IMG/VR virus record: IMGVR_UViG_3300027711_000016
Span: 1 to 26,579 of that record
DNA: 26,579 bases
Origin: a virus
Lineage: Duplodnaviria; Caudoviricetes
Direction: 5' to 3' (one strand)
Part shown: positions 1-8,704 of the stretch, piece by piece
How positions within the stretch are numbered: position 1 is the stretch's first letter
How the letters are laid out: every line of letters begins with the position of its first letter
Notes under the pieces: generated by a model
What the model saw: only the letters and a program-made list of their open reading frames with translations
The model's database searches: none
Told to the model about the DNA's origin: nothing
Position numbers and translations under genes: made by a program

Positions 1-243
1 GCTCGCCCCGTACAGGCTCGCCCCACTAAGGTCCGCCCTGCTCAGGTCCGCCCCACTAAGGTCCGTCCCGCGCAGGTTCGCCCCGCTAAGGCTCGCCCCG
101 TACAGGCTCGCCCCGTACAGGTTCGCCCCGTACAGGTCCGCCCCGCTAAGGCTCGCCCCGTACAGGCTCGCCCCACTAAGGTCCGCCCTGCTCAGGTCCG
201 CCCCACTAAGGTCCGTCCCGCTAAGGTTCGCCCCGCGCAGGTC
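1..243. repeat. 15-bp-period coding tandem repeat (pentapeptide units) with an exact ~70 bp duplication
   Basis: Bases 1-71 are identical to 151-221; unit is approximately gctcgccccgtacag. Confidence 0.9.
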
Positions 244-450
244 CCACATATTCATCGACCATATCGGGATCAGTCCCGCCGCAACGGCCCAGCCAAAAAA
301 CTTGCGGCCAGTCGGGTCCATCAAAATACCCGCTTGCTGTACTGGAGTGTACTCGGCGATCTCGTATGCGTCGCCGAACGTTTCGCGAAACCAGTCAACG
401 CCGCTGGAGCATGCACCGGATTCATGGATCTGATTGAGTGTGATTCTCAT
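1..450 (-). CDS. Pentapeptide-repeat protein, 3' end truncated by the window edge (not in the supplied ORF track)
   Basis: Manual translation from ATG at 450: [26 protein letters not shown]...[32 protein letters not shown]..., with A[D/N/S]Lxx repeats. Open to base 1; ATGA overlap with the stop of 447..749. Confidence 0.9.
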   Translation of the reverse strand, partial: MRITLNQIHESGACSSGVDWFRETFGDAYEIAEYTPVQQAGILMDPTGRKFFGWAVAAGLIPIWSMNMWDLRGANLSGTDLSGADLSRADLSGASLYGASLSGADLYGANLYGASLYGASLSGANLRGTDLSGADLSRADLSGASLYGAS

Positions 451-749
451 CGCACCACCCCCGCGCGCGCCGCCATGAATAGCGGGCAGCTGGAGCCTGC
501 CGACGCCTCGGTCATGCCGAGACGCCCCAACTCTCGCACAAGCTCGCGGTGCCCGATCATGTCGGCGTTCCAGGTGATTCGCTCGCGTCCGACCTCGATG
601 ATCGCCGCAGTCTCGCGCGCATCGCCCTCTTCCCAGATGACAAGGAAAGCGCCATCCCCGACGGACTGCACGGTATACGTGCCGCAGTCGCGCAGGTGGC
701 TGGCGGTCTGGATTGCGGCGAGAAGCTTCAGTCGTTTTTTGATGCTCAT
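447..749 (-). CDS. Hypothetical early protein, 100 aa
   Basis: ATG preceded by CACACGGAGG; stop overlaps the next start (ATGA). Confidence 0.8.
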   Translation of the reverse strand: MSIKKRLKLLAAIQTASHLRDCGTYTVQSVGDGAFLVIWEEGDARETAAIIEVGRERITWNADMIGHRELVRELGRLGMTEASAGSSCPLFMAARAGVVR

Positions 750-773
750 TTTGTGCCTCCGTGTGGTGTGTGG

Positions 774-800
774 CGCCCCGCGTGGTGCGGGGCGTTTTTT
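774..800 (+). terminator. Intrinsic terminator-like hairpin, antisense to flanking genes
   Basis: cgccccgc-gtggt-gcggggcg followed by tttttt on the + strand. Confidence 0.65.
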
Positions 801-801
801 C

Positions 802-1011
802 TTACCAGTCGATCTCGGCCTTCGGGATGATCACGAGGTCGGCTTTACCAGCGCCGACGATCGCGTTCTCTTCGTCCCAGCTCCACACCATCAGCGTGGT
901 GTTGGGCTCGGCGCAGTCCGAGAAGACGGGCAGCTCGGTCCAGTCGAGGTCACCGTTATCGGCGAGCATAGCGGCGAGAACTTCTTCGAGGTTGTTCATT
1001 GCGTTGGTCAT
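802..1011 (-). CDS. Small acidic early protein, 69 aa (14 D/E, 2 K, 0 R)
   Basis: RBS CACACGGAG, first gene after a consensus promoter; contains an LPVF...VWSWD motif. Confidence 0.85.
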   Translation of the reverse strand: MTNAMNNLEEVLAAMLADNGDLDWTELPVFSDCAEPNTTLMVWSWDEENAIVGAGKADLVIIPKAEIDW

Positions 1012-1063
1012 TTTGTGTCTCCGTGTGGTGTGTCAGCAGGGTCATCCCTGCTGCCTGTCTCCG

Positions 1064-1091
1064 ATTATACAGGCATCCGTATAGCTGTCAA
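1064..1091 (-). promoter_or_regulatory. Sigma70-type promoter TTGACA-N16-TATAAT
   Basis: -35 at 1091-1086 and -10 at 1069-1064 are both perfect consensus. Followed by an 8-bp hairpin (1034-1053) and the RBS of 802..1011. Confidence 0.85.
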
Positions 1092-1096
1092 CTATA
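1080..1096. promoter_or_regulatory. Putative palindromic operator TATAGCTG-T-CAACTATA overlapping the -35
   Basis: 15/17 identical to the palindrome at 10803-10819. Confidence 0.65.
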
Positions 1097-1168
1097 TATT
1101 GGCGTTTTTGACGATAAAAAGGCCCCGGCGATTGTGTTTTTTGGCTCGCGCGTGTAGGGTCCACGCAT
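1088..1168 (-). CDS. Possible 26-aa mini-ORF (MRGPYTREPKNTIAGAFLSSKTPIYS)
   Basis: Strong RBS ACACACGGAGGTGA upstream of ATG 1168; stop lies inside the -35 box. Confidence 0.4.
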   Translation of the reverse strand: MRGPYTREPKNTIAGAFLSSKTPIYS

Positions 1169-1191
1169 AACGCTCACCTCCGTGTGTGTTG

Positions 1192-1227
1192 ACCCGCCCT
1201 TGGTGAAATCCCTGGGGCGGGTTTTTT
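1192..1227 (+). terminator. Intrinsic terminator-like hairpin, antisense to flanking genes
   Basis: acccgccct...ggggcgggt stem with a U-G pair on +, followed by a T run. Confidence 0.6.
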
Positions 1228-1231
1228 GTTG

Positions 1232-1636
1232 TCATTGAAGTTCCAGCCAGTCCTCAAAAGCCTCAATCGCCGCCTGCCAGCCGAGCGCGACGCACACGAA
1301 CGCGCCCGCGTCATGCGCAGCTTTTAGCCAGGCGAGCTGATGTTTAGACCACGCTGATTTCGTGTGGTCGACGCGTTTAAGCTCGCAGCAAAACGTCGGC
1401 GCGCCCGGGATGATAATGTCCGGCGCGCCCGGGGACATCCCGTTGACGTGGTCGCTGATAGCCTGGTGCTTGTGGCGCTTGCCCTCGTTTTTTGGGTGCA
1501 GCGCGATCACCCCATAGGTGTCGGGGTGCCGGCGCCTGAGCTGGGCGAACACTGTGACATGCTCGGCGGACTCGCGCGGGCAGTCCCCGCGAAATCCAGT
1601 GTCACCATAAATTTTTAACCACTTCGGAAACTTCAT
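1232..1636 (-). CDS. VRR-NUC family (PD-(D/E)XK) nuclease
   Basis: GAPDIII...ELKR...Q motif; located after the SF2 helicase with ATGA overlap. Confidence 0.85.
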   Translation of the reverse strand: MKFPKWLKIYGDTGFRGDCPRESAEHVTVFAQLRRRHPDTYGVIALHPKNEGKRHKHQAISDHVNGMSPGAPDIIIPGAPTFCCELKRVDHTKSAWSKHQLAWLKAAHDAGAFVCVALGWQAAIEAFEDWLELQ

Positions 1637-3444
1637 TCGGCGGCCTCGGTGAGTTTGGGGGGTTGGTCGGCGGGCCTATTGACGTCGAGGAGGTCCCAGA
1701 AATCGCCGTTTTTTCGATACGTGATCGTGTCCGGCGCAACCACCCAATCGAGCGTCGCCTCGGCGACCTTGTCGAATTTTCGCTGAACGAATTTGTGTGC
1801 GCTGCCGTCGGTCAAATAAAGCCGCATCTTCCGGTACGGGGTCACCACGTCAATTTTTTTGCAGTTGTTGCCGCTCTTGGAGACGTGCGGCGAAGCGCTC
1901 CAGGAGGTGACCTTGTCGGTCTGGATGCGCGCCGTGTCGGCCTTGAATCGGTCAAATTCCAGCGACAGCTTTTCGTTTGGGTCGATGATTTCGGCCTTGC
2001 ACTCGCTGCACTTTCTCGCCGCGATATCGTTCGGCGCGTCGCACTCGGGGCATGCCTTAGACGTCCACCGATACGAGCAGCGCACGAGCTCCCCGCCGCC
2101 CGCTGGCAATAGAGCCCGGCACCGGCGATTATGGTGCACCGCGAGCGGGCCGAAATCGGTGGCGATGCGCTGCCCGGTGAGATCGGTTGCATAGCCTGCG
2201 GCGTCCCAGTTCGTCGCCTCGATGTCGATATTCATTTTTGCGACCTGGCGCGTCCCGCACTCCTCGCACTGAATTTCGACCGTTTCGCCCTCTTTTGGCA
2301 CGGCGTCGGCGGTGATCTCGGGGTCGAATATATCGCCGTCCGGGCAGTGGCGCGCGATATTCCCAGCGTAGTCTAGCACCAGGCAATCGAGCTTCCCGGG
2401 CTCTACGCGAAGCCCACGCCCCACAATTTGCTGCAATAGCGCGACCGATTCCGTAGCGCGCAGGATCGCCACGACGTCGACGTGCGACGCGTCAAAACCG
2501 GTCGTCAAAACGTCGACATTGACCAGGTATTTGATCCGGCGAGCCTTAAAATCGTCGATAATTTGCTGGCGTTCTTTTTTATTTGTCGCGCCGATAATCA
2601 GCGCCGACAGGCCGGCGGGTAGGCTCGCGAGTATTTCGCGCGCGTGCGGTATCGTCGACGCAAAAAACATCACGCCATTCCTGTTCTGTGCGCGCGACAC
2701 CACATCGCCGACGATCGCCGAGGTCTTCCTGCCGTGGCCGACAAAAGCCTGGTCGACCGTTTTGGAGTCCCACTGGCCCATCCGGTTCTTTGCGAGTTTT
2801 GAGGTGTCGTATCCCTCAGCGCTAACCTCGCCAACGGTCGGCGTCGATAGGTATCCGCGCTCAATAAGGTGGTGCGCGTCGATGGTGAATACACGCTGGG
2901 CAAAGTACGGCTCGCGCGCCCTGTCGGGGCCGTGGGCGTGTCCTGTTTCGTCCTGGCGGTAGATATAGCCGGACCCCAGGCGGTACGGCGTGGCGCTCAG
3001 GCCGATCACGCGGAGCAGGCTATTTTTTTCGCGAAGGTGATCAATAATCCGCTTCACGGTCGGCGTGATGCGGTGGCACTCGTCGATAATAACCGCGCAG
3101 AAATTCGAGCCGAACCGCGCCAGGCTATTCGCGACTGACTGCGGAGTACCGAAAACGACCGGGTATCTCAGTGATTTCTCACCCACGGACGCCGAGAAAA
3201 AGGACGCTTTTCGCCCTACGCCAACGGTGAATTTTTCGTGGTCTTGCTCGACTAGCTCCGCCGATGGCGCGATCACGAGGATTGCCTTGCCGCCGCTTAT
3301 TTTGTGCAGCTCATCCGCGATGGCCGCGATGATAAAAGACTTTCCCGCGCCCGTGGGCGCCTCGATAACGCACGGCGCGGTGTAGCGCCGGCACCACCCC
3401 ATGGCGGCCCCGACGGCGTCTTGCTGGTAGTCTCTGAGCCTCAC
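1633..3444 (-). CDS. Superfamily 2 (DExH, RadD/YejH-like) DNA helicase with C-terminal zinc fingers
   Basis: Q motif LRDYQ, Walker A APTGAGKS, DECH, SAT, QIVGRGLR and CxxC pairs. Start placed at GTG 3444 (GGAGG RBS, GTGA overlap) rather than 3456. Confidence 0.93.
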   Translation of the reverse strand: MRLRDYQQDAVGAAMGWCRRYTAPCVIEAPTGAGKSFIIAAIADELHKISGGKAILVIAPSAELVEQDHEKFTVGVGRKASFFSASVGEKSLRYPVVFGTPQSVANSLARFGSNFCAVIIDECHRITPTVKRIIDHLREKNSLLRVIGLSATPYRLGSGYIYRQDETGHAHGPDRAREPYFAQRVFTIDAHHLIERGYLSTPTVGEVSAEGYDTSKLAKNRMGQWDSKTVDQAFVGHGRKTSAIVGDVVSRAQNRNGVMFFASTIPHAREILASLPAGLSALIIGATNKKERQQIIDDFKARRIKYLVNVDVLTTGFDASHVDVVAILRATESVALLQQIVGRGLRVEPGKLDCLVLDYAGNIARHCPDGDIFDPEITADAVPKEGETVEIQCEECGTRQVAKMNIDIEATNWDAAGYATDLTGQRIATDFGPLAVHHNRRCRALLPAGGGELVRCSYRWTSKACPECDAPNDIAARKCSECKAEIIDPNEKLSLEFDRFKADTARIQTDKVTSWSASPHVSKSGNNCKKIDVVTPYRKMRLYLTDGSAHKFVQRKFDKVAEATLDWVVAPDTITYRKNGDFWDLLDVNRPADQPPKLTEAAE

Positions 3445-4316
3445 GATAACCTCCAATACTCCGACGCCTTGCCGCGGTACGGCTCCAGGTCGGCGTCTGG
3501 CGCGAGCGCTTTAAGCGCCTTCGCGTAGGAGACCGAGCCCTTGCGCACCACGCGCGTTAACTTGTGACCGTCGATCTCGGCGTCGGTTTCCCCGGTGAGC
3601 TCCACCAGGGCGGCGAGCAAGCCCTTCGCGCGGTCGCTATACTCATCGGCCATCGCCTTCGCGTGCAGATAGTCGGCGACGATCTTTGAGGCATCGGCCG
3701 TTGTCACTGTTTTACGAAGAGGCTCCAGGTGTGCGGGGTTGTCGATCTCTTTTTGGAAATCATCCCAGAACGCGCGCAGTTTTGGCAGCGCGTCGGCGAG
3801 CCACGCCATGTCTAGACCGACCCTCTCAAGTCGTTGCGCGCGCGGTGCCCACTGGTAGAAATCGCACCACATGCGCCCGGTGCAGAATAGCTGGACCTGG
3901 ATTTGCGCGTAGTAGTGGGGTTGGTCGAGGATGCTCTTAAACTCCGAGGGGTCGGTCGCGTCGCGTTTCCCATACGGGCATTTGACCTCGATCAGTCCGC
4001 CTTGCCCGACGTATCCGTCGGGGCTTGCGCCGAGCCATTGCTCATACTCAACGAAATGCGCGGGCACGACATCGAGGCCGGTGTCCATCTCATAATCAAT
4101 GACGGCGCCGTCTTCGTTCGCCACGCCCCAGGCGGTGGCGCTGTTCCCCTCGAACTCGCTGGGGGCGCCGTGGTGGTCTCGCACCATTCGGCGCATAACG
4201 TCGGCGGGTGTGGCCCATGGGTTCACTCCGAGGATCGCGCCGACCTTCGATGCTGTGACGCGCCCGCGGCGCTGTGCGAACCATTCGGGGGTTCTTTGTT
4301 CGGGTTGTTTGCTCAT
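3441..4316 (-). CDS. YqaJ / lambda-exonuclease family recombination nuclease
   Basis: QRTPEWFAQRRGRVTAS, GASPDG, IEVKCP and YYAQIQ motifs. Confidence 0.93.
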   Translation of the reverse strand: MSKQPEQRTPEWFAQRRGRVTASKVGAILGVNPWATPADVMRRMVRDHHGAPSEFEGNSATAWGVANEDGAVIDYEMDTGLDVVPAHFVEYEQWLGASPDGYVGQGGLIEVKCPYGKRDATDPSEFKSILDQPHYYAQIQVQLFCTGRMWCDFYQWAPRAQRLERVGLDMAWLADALPKLRAFWDDFQKEIDNPAHLEPLRKTVTTADASKIVADYLHAKAMADEYSDRAKGLLAALVELTGETDAEIDGHKLTRVVRKGSVSYAKALKALAPDADLEPYRGKASEYWRLS

Positions 4317-4342
4317 TGGTTGGTCTCCGTGTGGTTTTGGGT

Positions 4343-4528
4343 TTAGTCGTTTTCGTGCGTGTTCTCTTCAATCCATGCATCGAGGTCGGCGCGCTTGTAG
4401 CGAACCAGGCGCCCCACTTTGATATAGGTCGGGCCGCGCGAATCGTAGCGCCAGCGAACCAAAAGCCGGGGCTCTACCGCGAGCATCGCGGCGGCCTCTT
4501 CGGTGGTTAATAGTGTCGTGTCTGTCAT
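4343..4528 (-). CDS. Excisionase/AlpA-like (HTH_17) DNA-binding protein
   Basis: LLTTEEAAAML...WR...GP.YIKVGRLVRY...DLDAWI signature. Confidence 0.88.
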   Translation of the reverse strand: MTDTTLLTTEEAAAMLAVEPRLLVRWRYDSRGPTYIKVGRLVRYKRADLDAWIEENTHEND

Positions 4529-4568
4529 GGTGCTCTCCGCGGTGCCCCCTTTCGGGGGCTGGTTGAAT

Positions 4569-5093
4569 TTAGAACGGGATCGAATCGTCGGGGATCTCGT
4601 TCAGCGGGTTTTGGGCGGGCTTCGGCGCGGGCATCGCGACCACCTCACCGGTGGGCTTCGGCGCGACAGAGGAGACCCAGTTTCCGGTCTTGCCATTGAA
4701 CTCCCAGACTTCCAGGCGCAGCAGCATCGGCTTTTGCGTCAGCGCTTTTTGCAACAGGTTGTCGCTCAGCGAGCCCGAATGCTTGGCGATCGCGCCGCCG
4801 GCGTTCGCGTCGATGGCGGCGAGCATCCGAAGCTGGCGAAGGCGCTTGTCGCGGTTAGGGTCGTTGATCTTCACCTTTTGGAAGATCACGCGCCCCTCGT
4901 ACTCGGCGGGCTTCACGATGTGCCATTTGATTTTGACAGCCTCCTCGGGCTGGAAGTCCGGGTGCTGGTCGATCGCGGCGTCCTCGGCGTACGCGAGGAC
5001 TTGCGTGCCGCTCGGGATTGGCTCGAAGTTGGTGCTAAGCTCGAACGTGCCGGCCTTGCTGTCGTCTGTTCCTAATTCGTCGAAAAATCTCAT
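4569..5093 (-). CDS. DUF669-like putative single-stranded DNA-binding protein
   Basis: FEPIPSG near the N-terminus, acidic SSB-like tail DDSIPF, adjacent to an AAA_24 ATPase. Confidence 0.8.
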   Translation of the reverse strand: MRFFDELGTDDSKAGTFELSTNFEPIPSGTQVLAYAEDAAIDQHPDFQPEEAVKIKWHIVKPAEYEGRVIFQKVKINDPNRDKRLRQLRMLAAIDANAGGAIAKHSGSLSDNLLQKALTQKPMLLRLEVWEFNGKTGNWVSSVAPKPTGEVVAMPAPKPAQNPLNEIPDDSIPF

Positions 5094-5143
5094 TGTTTTA
5101 GTCCTGTGTGGGGGTTGTTTGTGGGTTGTTTATTGTTGGTTAA

Positions 5144-5911
5144 TTAGCAGCCGGGGACAATCCCGGTGAGCGGGTTTTTGCCTTCCGGCAATACGATGTC
5201 TTCGGTGATCCCGAAGCGGTTCTTGCTCACGTGCGCGGCGCTCGACGCCATCGACAAAAGGCGCGTGCCATCGCTGAACGCCTTGTCGGGCTTCTCCGAC
5301 GCGGTTTGACGGCGGTAGGTCTCCAGCGAGATAAGCCCCACCGCATCGACGTCGTCGATATAGGGCTGGCACGACCTTTTACCCAGGCGCAGGCTCACGC
5401 GCGTGTAGCTGGTGCCGTCCGGCGGGTCTACGGTCTCGGTCTCGGTGTGCGCGATGAAAACGGTCGCCATCCCGTGCTTTTCTCGCAGGATGCCCGCGGC
5501 TTTTCTGATCCGCTGGTGCATCGCTGCCACCGCGCGAAGCCCCGCGCCGTATCCGCCTAGAGCCTGGTTGATTGACTTGGGCTTGCCGGGATCGGTCGCC
5601 ACGACGTAGTCGATGAATTTCGACTCCAGGGCGGTGACCGAATCAATGACGAGCGTCTTGTAATCGTGCTCCTCGCGGATCAGCGCGGTGAGCTGCGCCC
5701 ACAGGGCGTCGACGTCTTCGTGGCCGGCGATCAAGGGCAGCGCGGCGGGGCGCTCGGCGCTGGGGATTGACTGCATCCCGTCTTCTGCGCGGATGAATAT
5801 CGGATTCGGGAACGTCGCGGCGAACCGCGTTTTACCCACGCCCGCGTCGCCTGCGATCGTCAGGATCGCGGGCTGGTCGGCGGGGGGCTTTGCTTGGGCG
5901 AGAATACTCAT
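5144..5911 (-). CDS. AAA_24 / Sak4-like ATPase (phage recombination)
   Basis: Walker A GDAGVGKT, Walker B LVIDS, C-terminal KNR. Start moved to ATG 5911 (CCACGGAG RBS). Confidence 0.87.
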   Translation of the reverse strand: MSILAQAKPPADQPAILTIAGDAGVGKTRFAATFPNPIFIRAEDGMQSIPSAERPAALPLIAGHEDVDALWAQLTALIREEHDYKTLVIDSVTALESKFIDYVVATDPGKPKSINQALGGYGAGLRAVAAMHQRIRKAAGILREKHGMATVFIAHTETETVDPPDGTSYTRVSLRLGKRSCQPYIDDVDAVGLISLETYRRQTASEKPDKAFSDGTRLLSMASSAAHVSKNRFGITEDIVLPEGKNPLTGIVPGC

Positions 5912-5949
5912 TTTAATCTCCGTGGTGTGTGGTGGTTGCTGCAGCTCGG

Positions 5950-5978
5950 TTATTAGCACGCATATAAAGCAATGTAAA
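5950..5978 (-). promoter_or_regulatory. Possible promoter TTTACA-N17-TAATAA (TG extended)
   Basis: AT-rich intergenic region upstream of 5911; the -10 is imperfect. Confidence 0.35.
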
Positions 5979-5993
5979 GTGATATTGTGTTAT

Positions 5994-6335
5994 TTAGGAC
6001 AAATAATATTTGTTCGCGTTCCTGACGGTGGTTTCCACGCGGAGTTTCCCGTTTTTGACCAGGTAGTCTAGAGCGCGGTCGACGTCGTCCTTGTCCCATT
6101 TTCGGCACGCGTTTCGAATTTTGCCCTGCATCTCGCCGTGGGTTTTCGTGACCAGTGACAGGACTTTGGAGAGCAGCGTGCTCCCCTCATCGGGCTGGTC
6201 GTTTTCGAACTCTAGAGTTATTTTGCACTTGCCGCGAACCATAGATATTTCAAAATCGCAGTCGATATCGAGGAGTTTCTCGACGCGCTCTAATATCTCG
6301 CGCTTTTCTTTTTCGGTGCGTTTTTTAATGCTCAT
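5994..6335 (-). CDS. 113-aa protein whose C-terminal half is a paralog of the primase C-terminal winged-helix-like domain
   Basis: Start at ATG 6335 (ACGGAGG RBS). LSKV.S...GE..G.IRN.C.KW....V..AL..LV..G.LR.E is shared with the primase C-terminus. Confidence 0.85.
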   Translation of the reverse strand: MSIKKRTEKEKREILERVEKLLDIDCDFEISMVRGKCKITLEFENDQPDEGSTLLSKVLSLVTKTHGEMQGKIRNACRKWDKDDVDRALDYLVKNGKLRVETTVRNANKYYLS

Positions 6336-6357
6336 TTTCAGCCTCCGTTGTGTGTTG

Positions 6358-8640
6358 TCATTTGGTAATAAAATAGCGCTTAGACACGCCGCCCGGAGCG
6401 CGGGACGCCTGGATCTCTTCCTCCCTGAGCCTTCCGGTCCCAACCAGGTGGGCGAGCGCGCTGTTGACGTTTTCGGGCGTCCATTTTTTGCAACGGTTAC
6501 GAATCACGCCCGCCGTTTCTCCCTCGTCGCCGATATGGGATATGACTTTAGATAATATCGCCTCTTGGTCGGGCGCGGTGTTCGCGTGGACCAATAGCAG
6601 CTTCCCCTCGATATCGTTTTTAACCAGCGCGTGCGCCCACCTTACGTGCTCCGTAGTGCGAAGCCCGCTCGGTATCGCTAGCAGCATCGAGATCTTGCAG
6701 ACCATCTCATAGCCACGCCTGGGGATCGGCGTGAGGCCGGTTCTCGCAACGTGGCGCTCCGCTTGCGCTTGGAATGATTCATAGGACAGATCGAGCATGT
6801 CTAACGCGTCCTCGTTTGTCTCGATATACTCAAACTCTCCGTATTTCCTGACACAATATTCGTCGGTCGTCTCCCCGCCCGAGTACAACGCGGAGAGCAC
6901 CATCACGATATTATCTGGCACGCATTTAGGGCGAACGTGAGACCGGGGTCGGCGCCTCGGGTTGTCGTCTCGCTCACGAAATATCATCGCCCTTGATACA
7001 AAACCGTTCGCCGCCATGTCGAACGTCATTAGCTCATCGAAAACGCCCGGGGTCGTCAGGCCGAAAATATTCAGGAAGGGGTTTTTTATCCCCTGGCTCG
7101 CCGATTTCAAGGCGTCTTTTGCCCGCTCAAGCTTGGCCTTGTCGGCCGGGTTGTCCGGGTTCTCGCCGTATTTATCCAGGAGCGACTTATATTCCGCCGC
7201 GCGCTCCGATCCGAGCGACCGCTTGAGGTCACCGGTTACAGGCATAATCCCCCCGGCCTTGGTAAACGCGCTCATCACGGTTCCGATAATCGCTTGCAGA
7301 TACGCTGGGCCGCCGCCGTTTCTCGCGTTTTCGAGCTTCGCGAGCTGCTCGCCCATCTCGTCGACCGAATAGAGCGCGGCCTGATGCTGCAGAAGATTCC
7401 TGAATATTTCTTGCTCAGACTTGAACCCGCCATGCACCGCCGAAGATAGGCCGACCGCGTGGAGTATCTGCAGCACGGATTGTAAAATTGATTCTTTACC
7501 GGTCGACGAACCGGCGACCCCGAACATGAAAACATTCGGCATAATCTCATCGTGAGGGTCGCGAAACCGCATCCCGGTGACGCTAGAAATAACGTAGAGC
7601 GCGGCCGCGACCGCCAGGTGCTCCCTCGGGTATCGGCTCCGAGCGTTAATCCATGAGCAGATCTCGCCGACGAACCCGGGCGGGCGCAATAGGTCGACGC
7701 CTTCGGTGTCGATGTCCTCTGCGTCCTCATTTTTTGGGGTGTCGTCAATCCATTGCGCACCCGCTACAAACGTGACCGATCGCGTCCACCCCGCCTTGAT
7801 GGCGTAACTTGCGAGCGTGCCCGCGCCGACGGGCGGCTGCGCATTCTTCCCGAACGAGTGCCAGTGGTGCTCTAACTTCGCGGGACCCGGGTATTTTTTG
7901 CCCTCTTTTGACCACGCATCCCAGAGTTCCAGTCCGGCATCTGCGCCGCCGGTTATTTCATGGATCGCCATCCCACAGCGATTCCAAACCTGATAGGTGG
8001 AGTCGGGGTCAATCGCGGCGAGCATCTCGGCTATTTCAGGCGCCGACAGGTCGACCGTTTTACCCTCGACGCTCCCTCGATAGTGCTCGGGTCTTTTGAG
8101 GAGCTCCAGCAGCGCGGCGGGCGCGTCGTCGATCCTCGCCGGGTCGCCTGAGATAATTTTATAGACGCCGCCGCTTTTGTGCGTGGAGCCGGGACCGACC
8201 ACGTAACCCGATGACTTGAAATCAATCCCAGGATAGAACCCGTGGTGCTGCAGTAGCGACACCGAGGCATCTGGTATTTTGAAATAGACGTGTTTGGAGC
8301 CCTGGCCTGAGCCGGTCTCGACGATGAGTCCGGCGAGGTCGAGTGCGGGGACTTCTTTTAACAGCTTCGCGTAGGATTCAACGCCGCCGTTTCTCGCGTC
8401 AACGTCTACGACCAGAAGGCCGCCCGCGACCACCGCACCCCAACCGTTATCCCACTGGTTGGTCTCCTCCATGAACTCTAACTGCTCATCGGAGTACAGC
8501 GGGGTGTGCTGCCACCGGGAAATTCTGGGGTGCTTTCCGGCGGCCTCGCACTTCTCGTAGTCACACTCGCAATCTCCGTTTTTATCAATCCCCCACAACG
8601 GAAAGGCGGGGATACCATTGGCAATATAATCTCGATACAT
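6358..8640 (-). CDS. Primase-helicase: Prim-Pol (AEP) + PriCT-2 + P-loop helicase (DUF3987-like) + C-terminal wHTH
   Basis: VVDVDARNGG, TGSG..SKHVYF, IDFKSSGYVVGPGSTH; Y..W...GMA.H...WD.WS; GSSTGKE; SVDEMG. Start at ATG 8640 (AAGGAAG RBS). Confidence 0.92.
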   Translation of the reverse strand: MYRDYIANGIPAFPLWGIDKNGDCECDYEKCEAAGKHPRISRWQHTPLYSDEQLEFMEETNQWDNGWGAVVAGGLLVVDVDARNGGVESYAKLLKEVPALDLAGLIVETGSGQGSKHVYFKIPDASVSLLQHHGFYPGIDFKSSGYVVGPGSTHKSGGVYKIISGDPARIDDAPAALLELLKRPEHYRGSVEGKTVDLSAPEIAEMLAAIDPDSTYQVWNRCGMAIHEITGGADAGLELWDAWSKEGKKYPGPAKLEHHWHSFGKNAQPPVGAGTLASYAIKAGWTRSVTFVAGAQWIDDTPKNEDAEDIDTEGVDLLRPPGFVGEICSWINARSRYPREHLAVAAALYVISSVTGMRFRDPHDEIMPNVFMFGVAGSSTGKESILQSVLQILHAVGLSSAVHGGFKSEQEIFRNLLQHQAALYSVDEMGEQLAKLENARNGGGPAYLQAIIGTVMSAFTKAGGIMPVTGDLKRSLGSERAAEYKSLLDKYGENPDNPADKAKLERAKDALKSASQGIKNPFLNIFGLTTPGVFDELMTFDMAANGFVSRAMIFRERDDNPRRRPRSHVRPKCVPDNIVMVLSALYSGGETTDEYCVRKYGEFEYIETNEDALDMLDLSYESFQAQAERHVARTGLTPIPRRGYEMVCKISMLLAIPSGLRTTEHVRWAHALVKNDIEGKLLLVHANTAPDQEAILSKVISHIGDEGETAGVIRNRCKKWTPENVNSALAHLVGTGRLREEEIQASRAPGGVSKRYFITK

Positions 8641-8704
8641 TCTGACTTCCTTGCGGTTGGTTCGCGCATCGCGTACGATTGCGCACATATTAAAGCATCG
8701 TTTT

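Noticed and set aside
1-243. Repeat array as CRISPR or a non-coding satellite
   Set aside because: 15-bp period with no unique spacers; it translates cleanly as pentapeptide repeats on the minus strand.
1201-1213. GGTGAAATCCC resembling FMN/cobalamin riboswitch T-loop motifs
   Set aside because: It is only the loop of a short terminator-like hairpin; no other aptamer elements are present.
4343-4528. Xis-like HTH as proof of a temperate lifestyle
   Set aside because: No integrase, att site or CI-type repressor with a peptidase domain is visible in the window; lifestyle cannot be determined.
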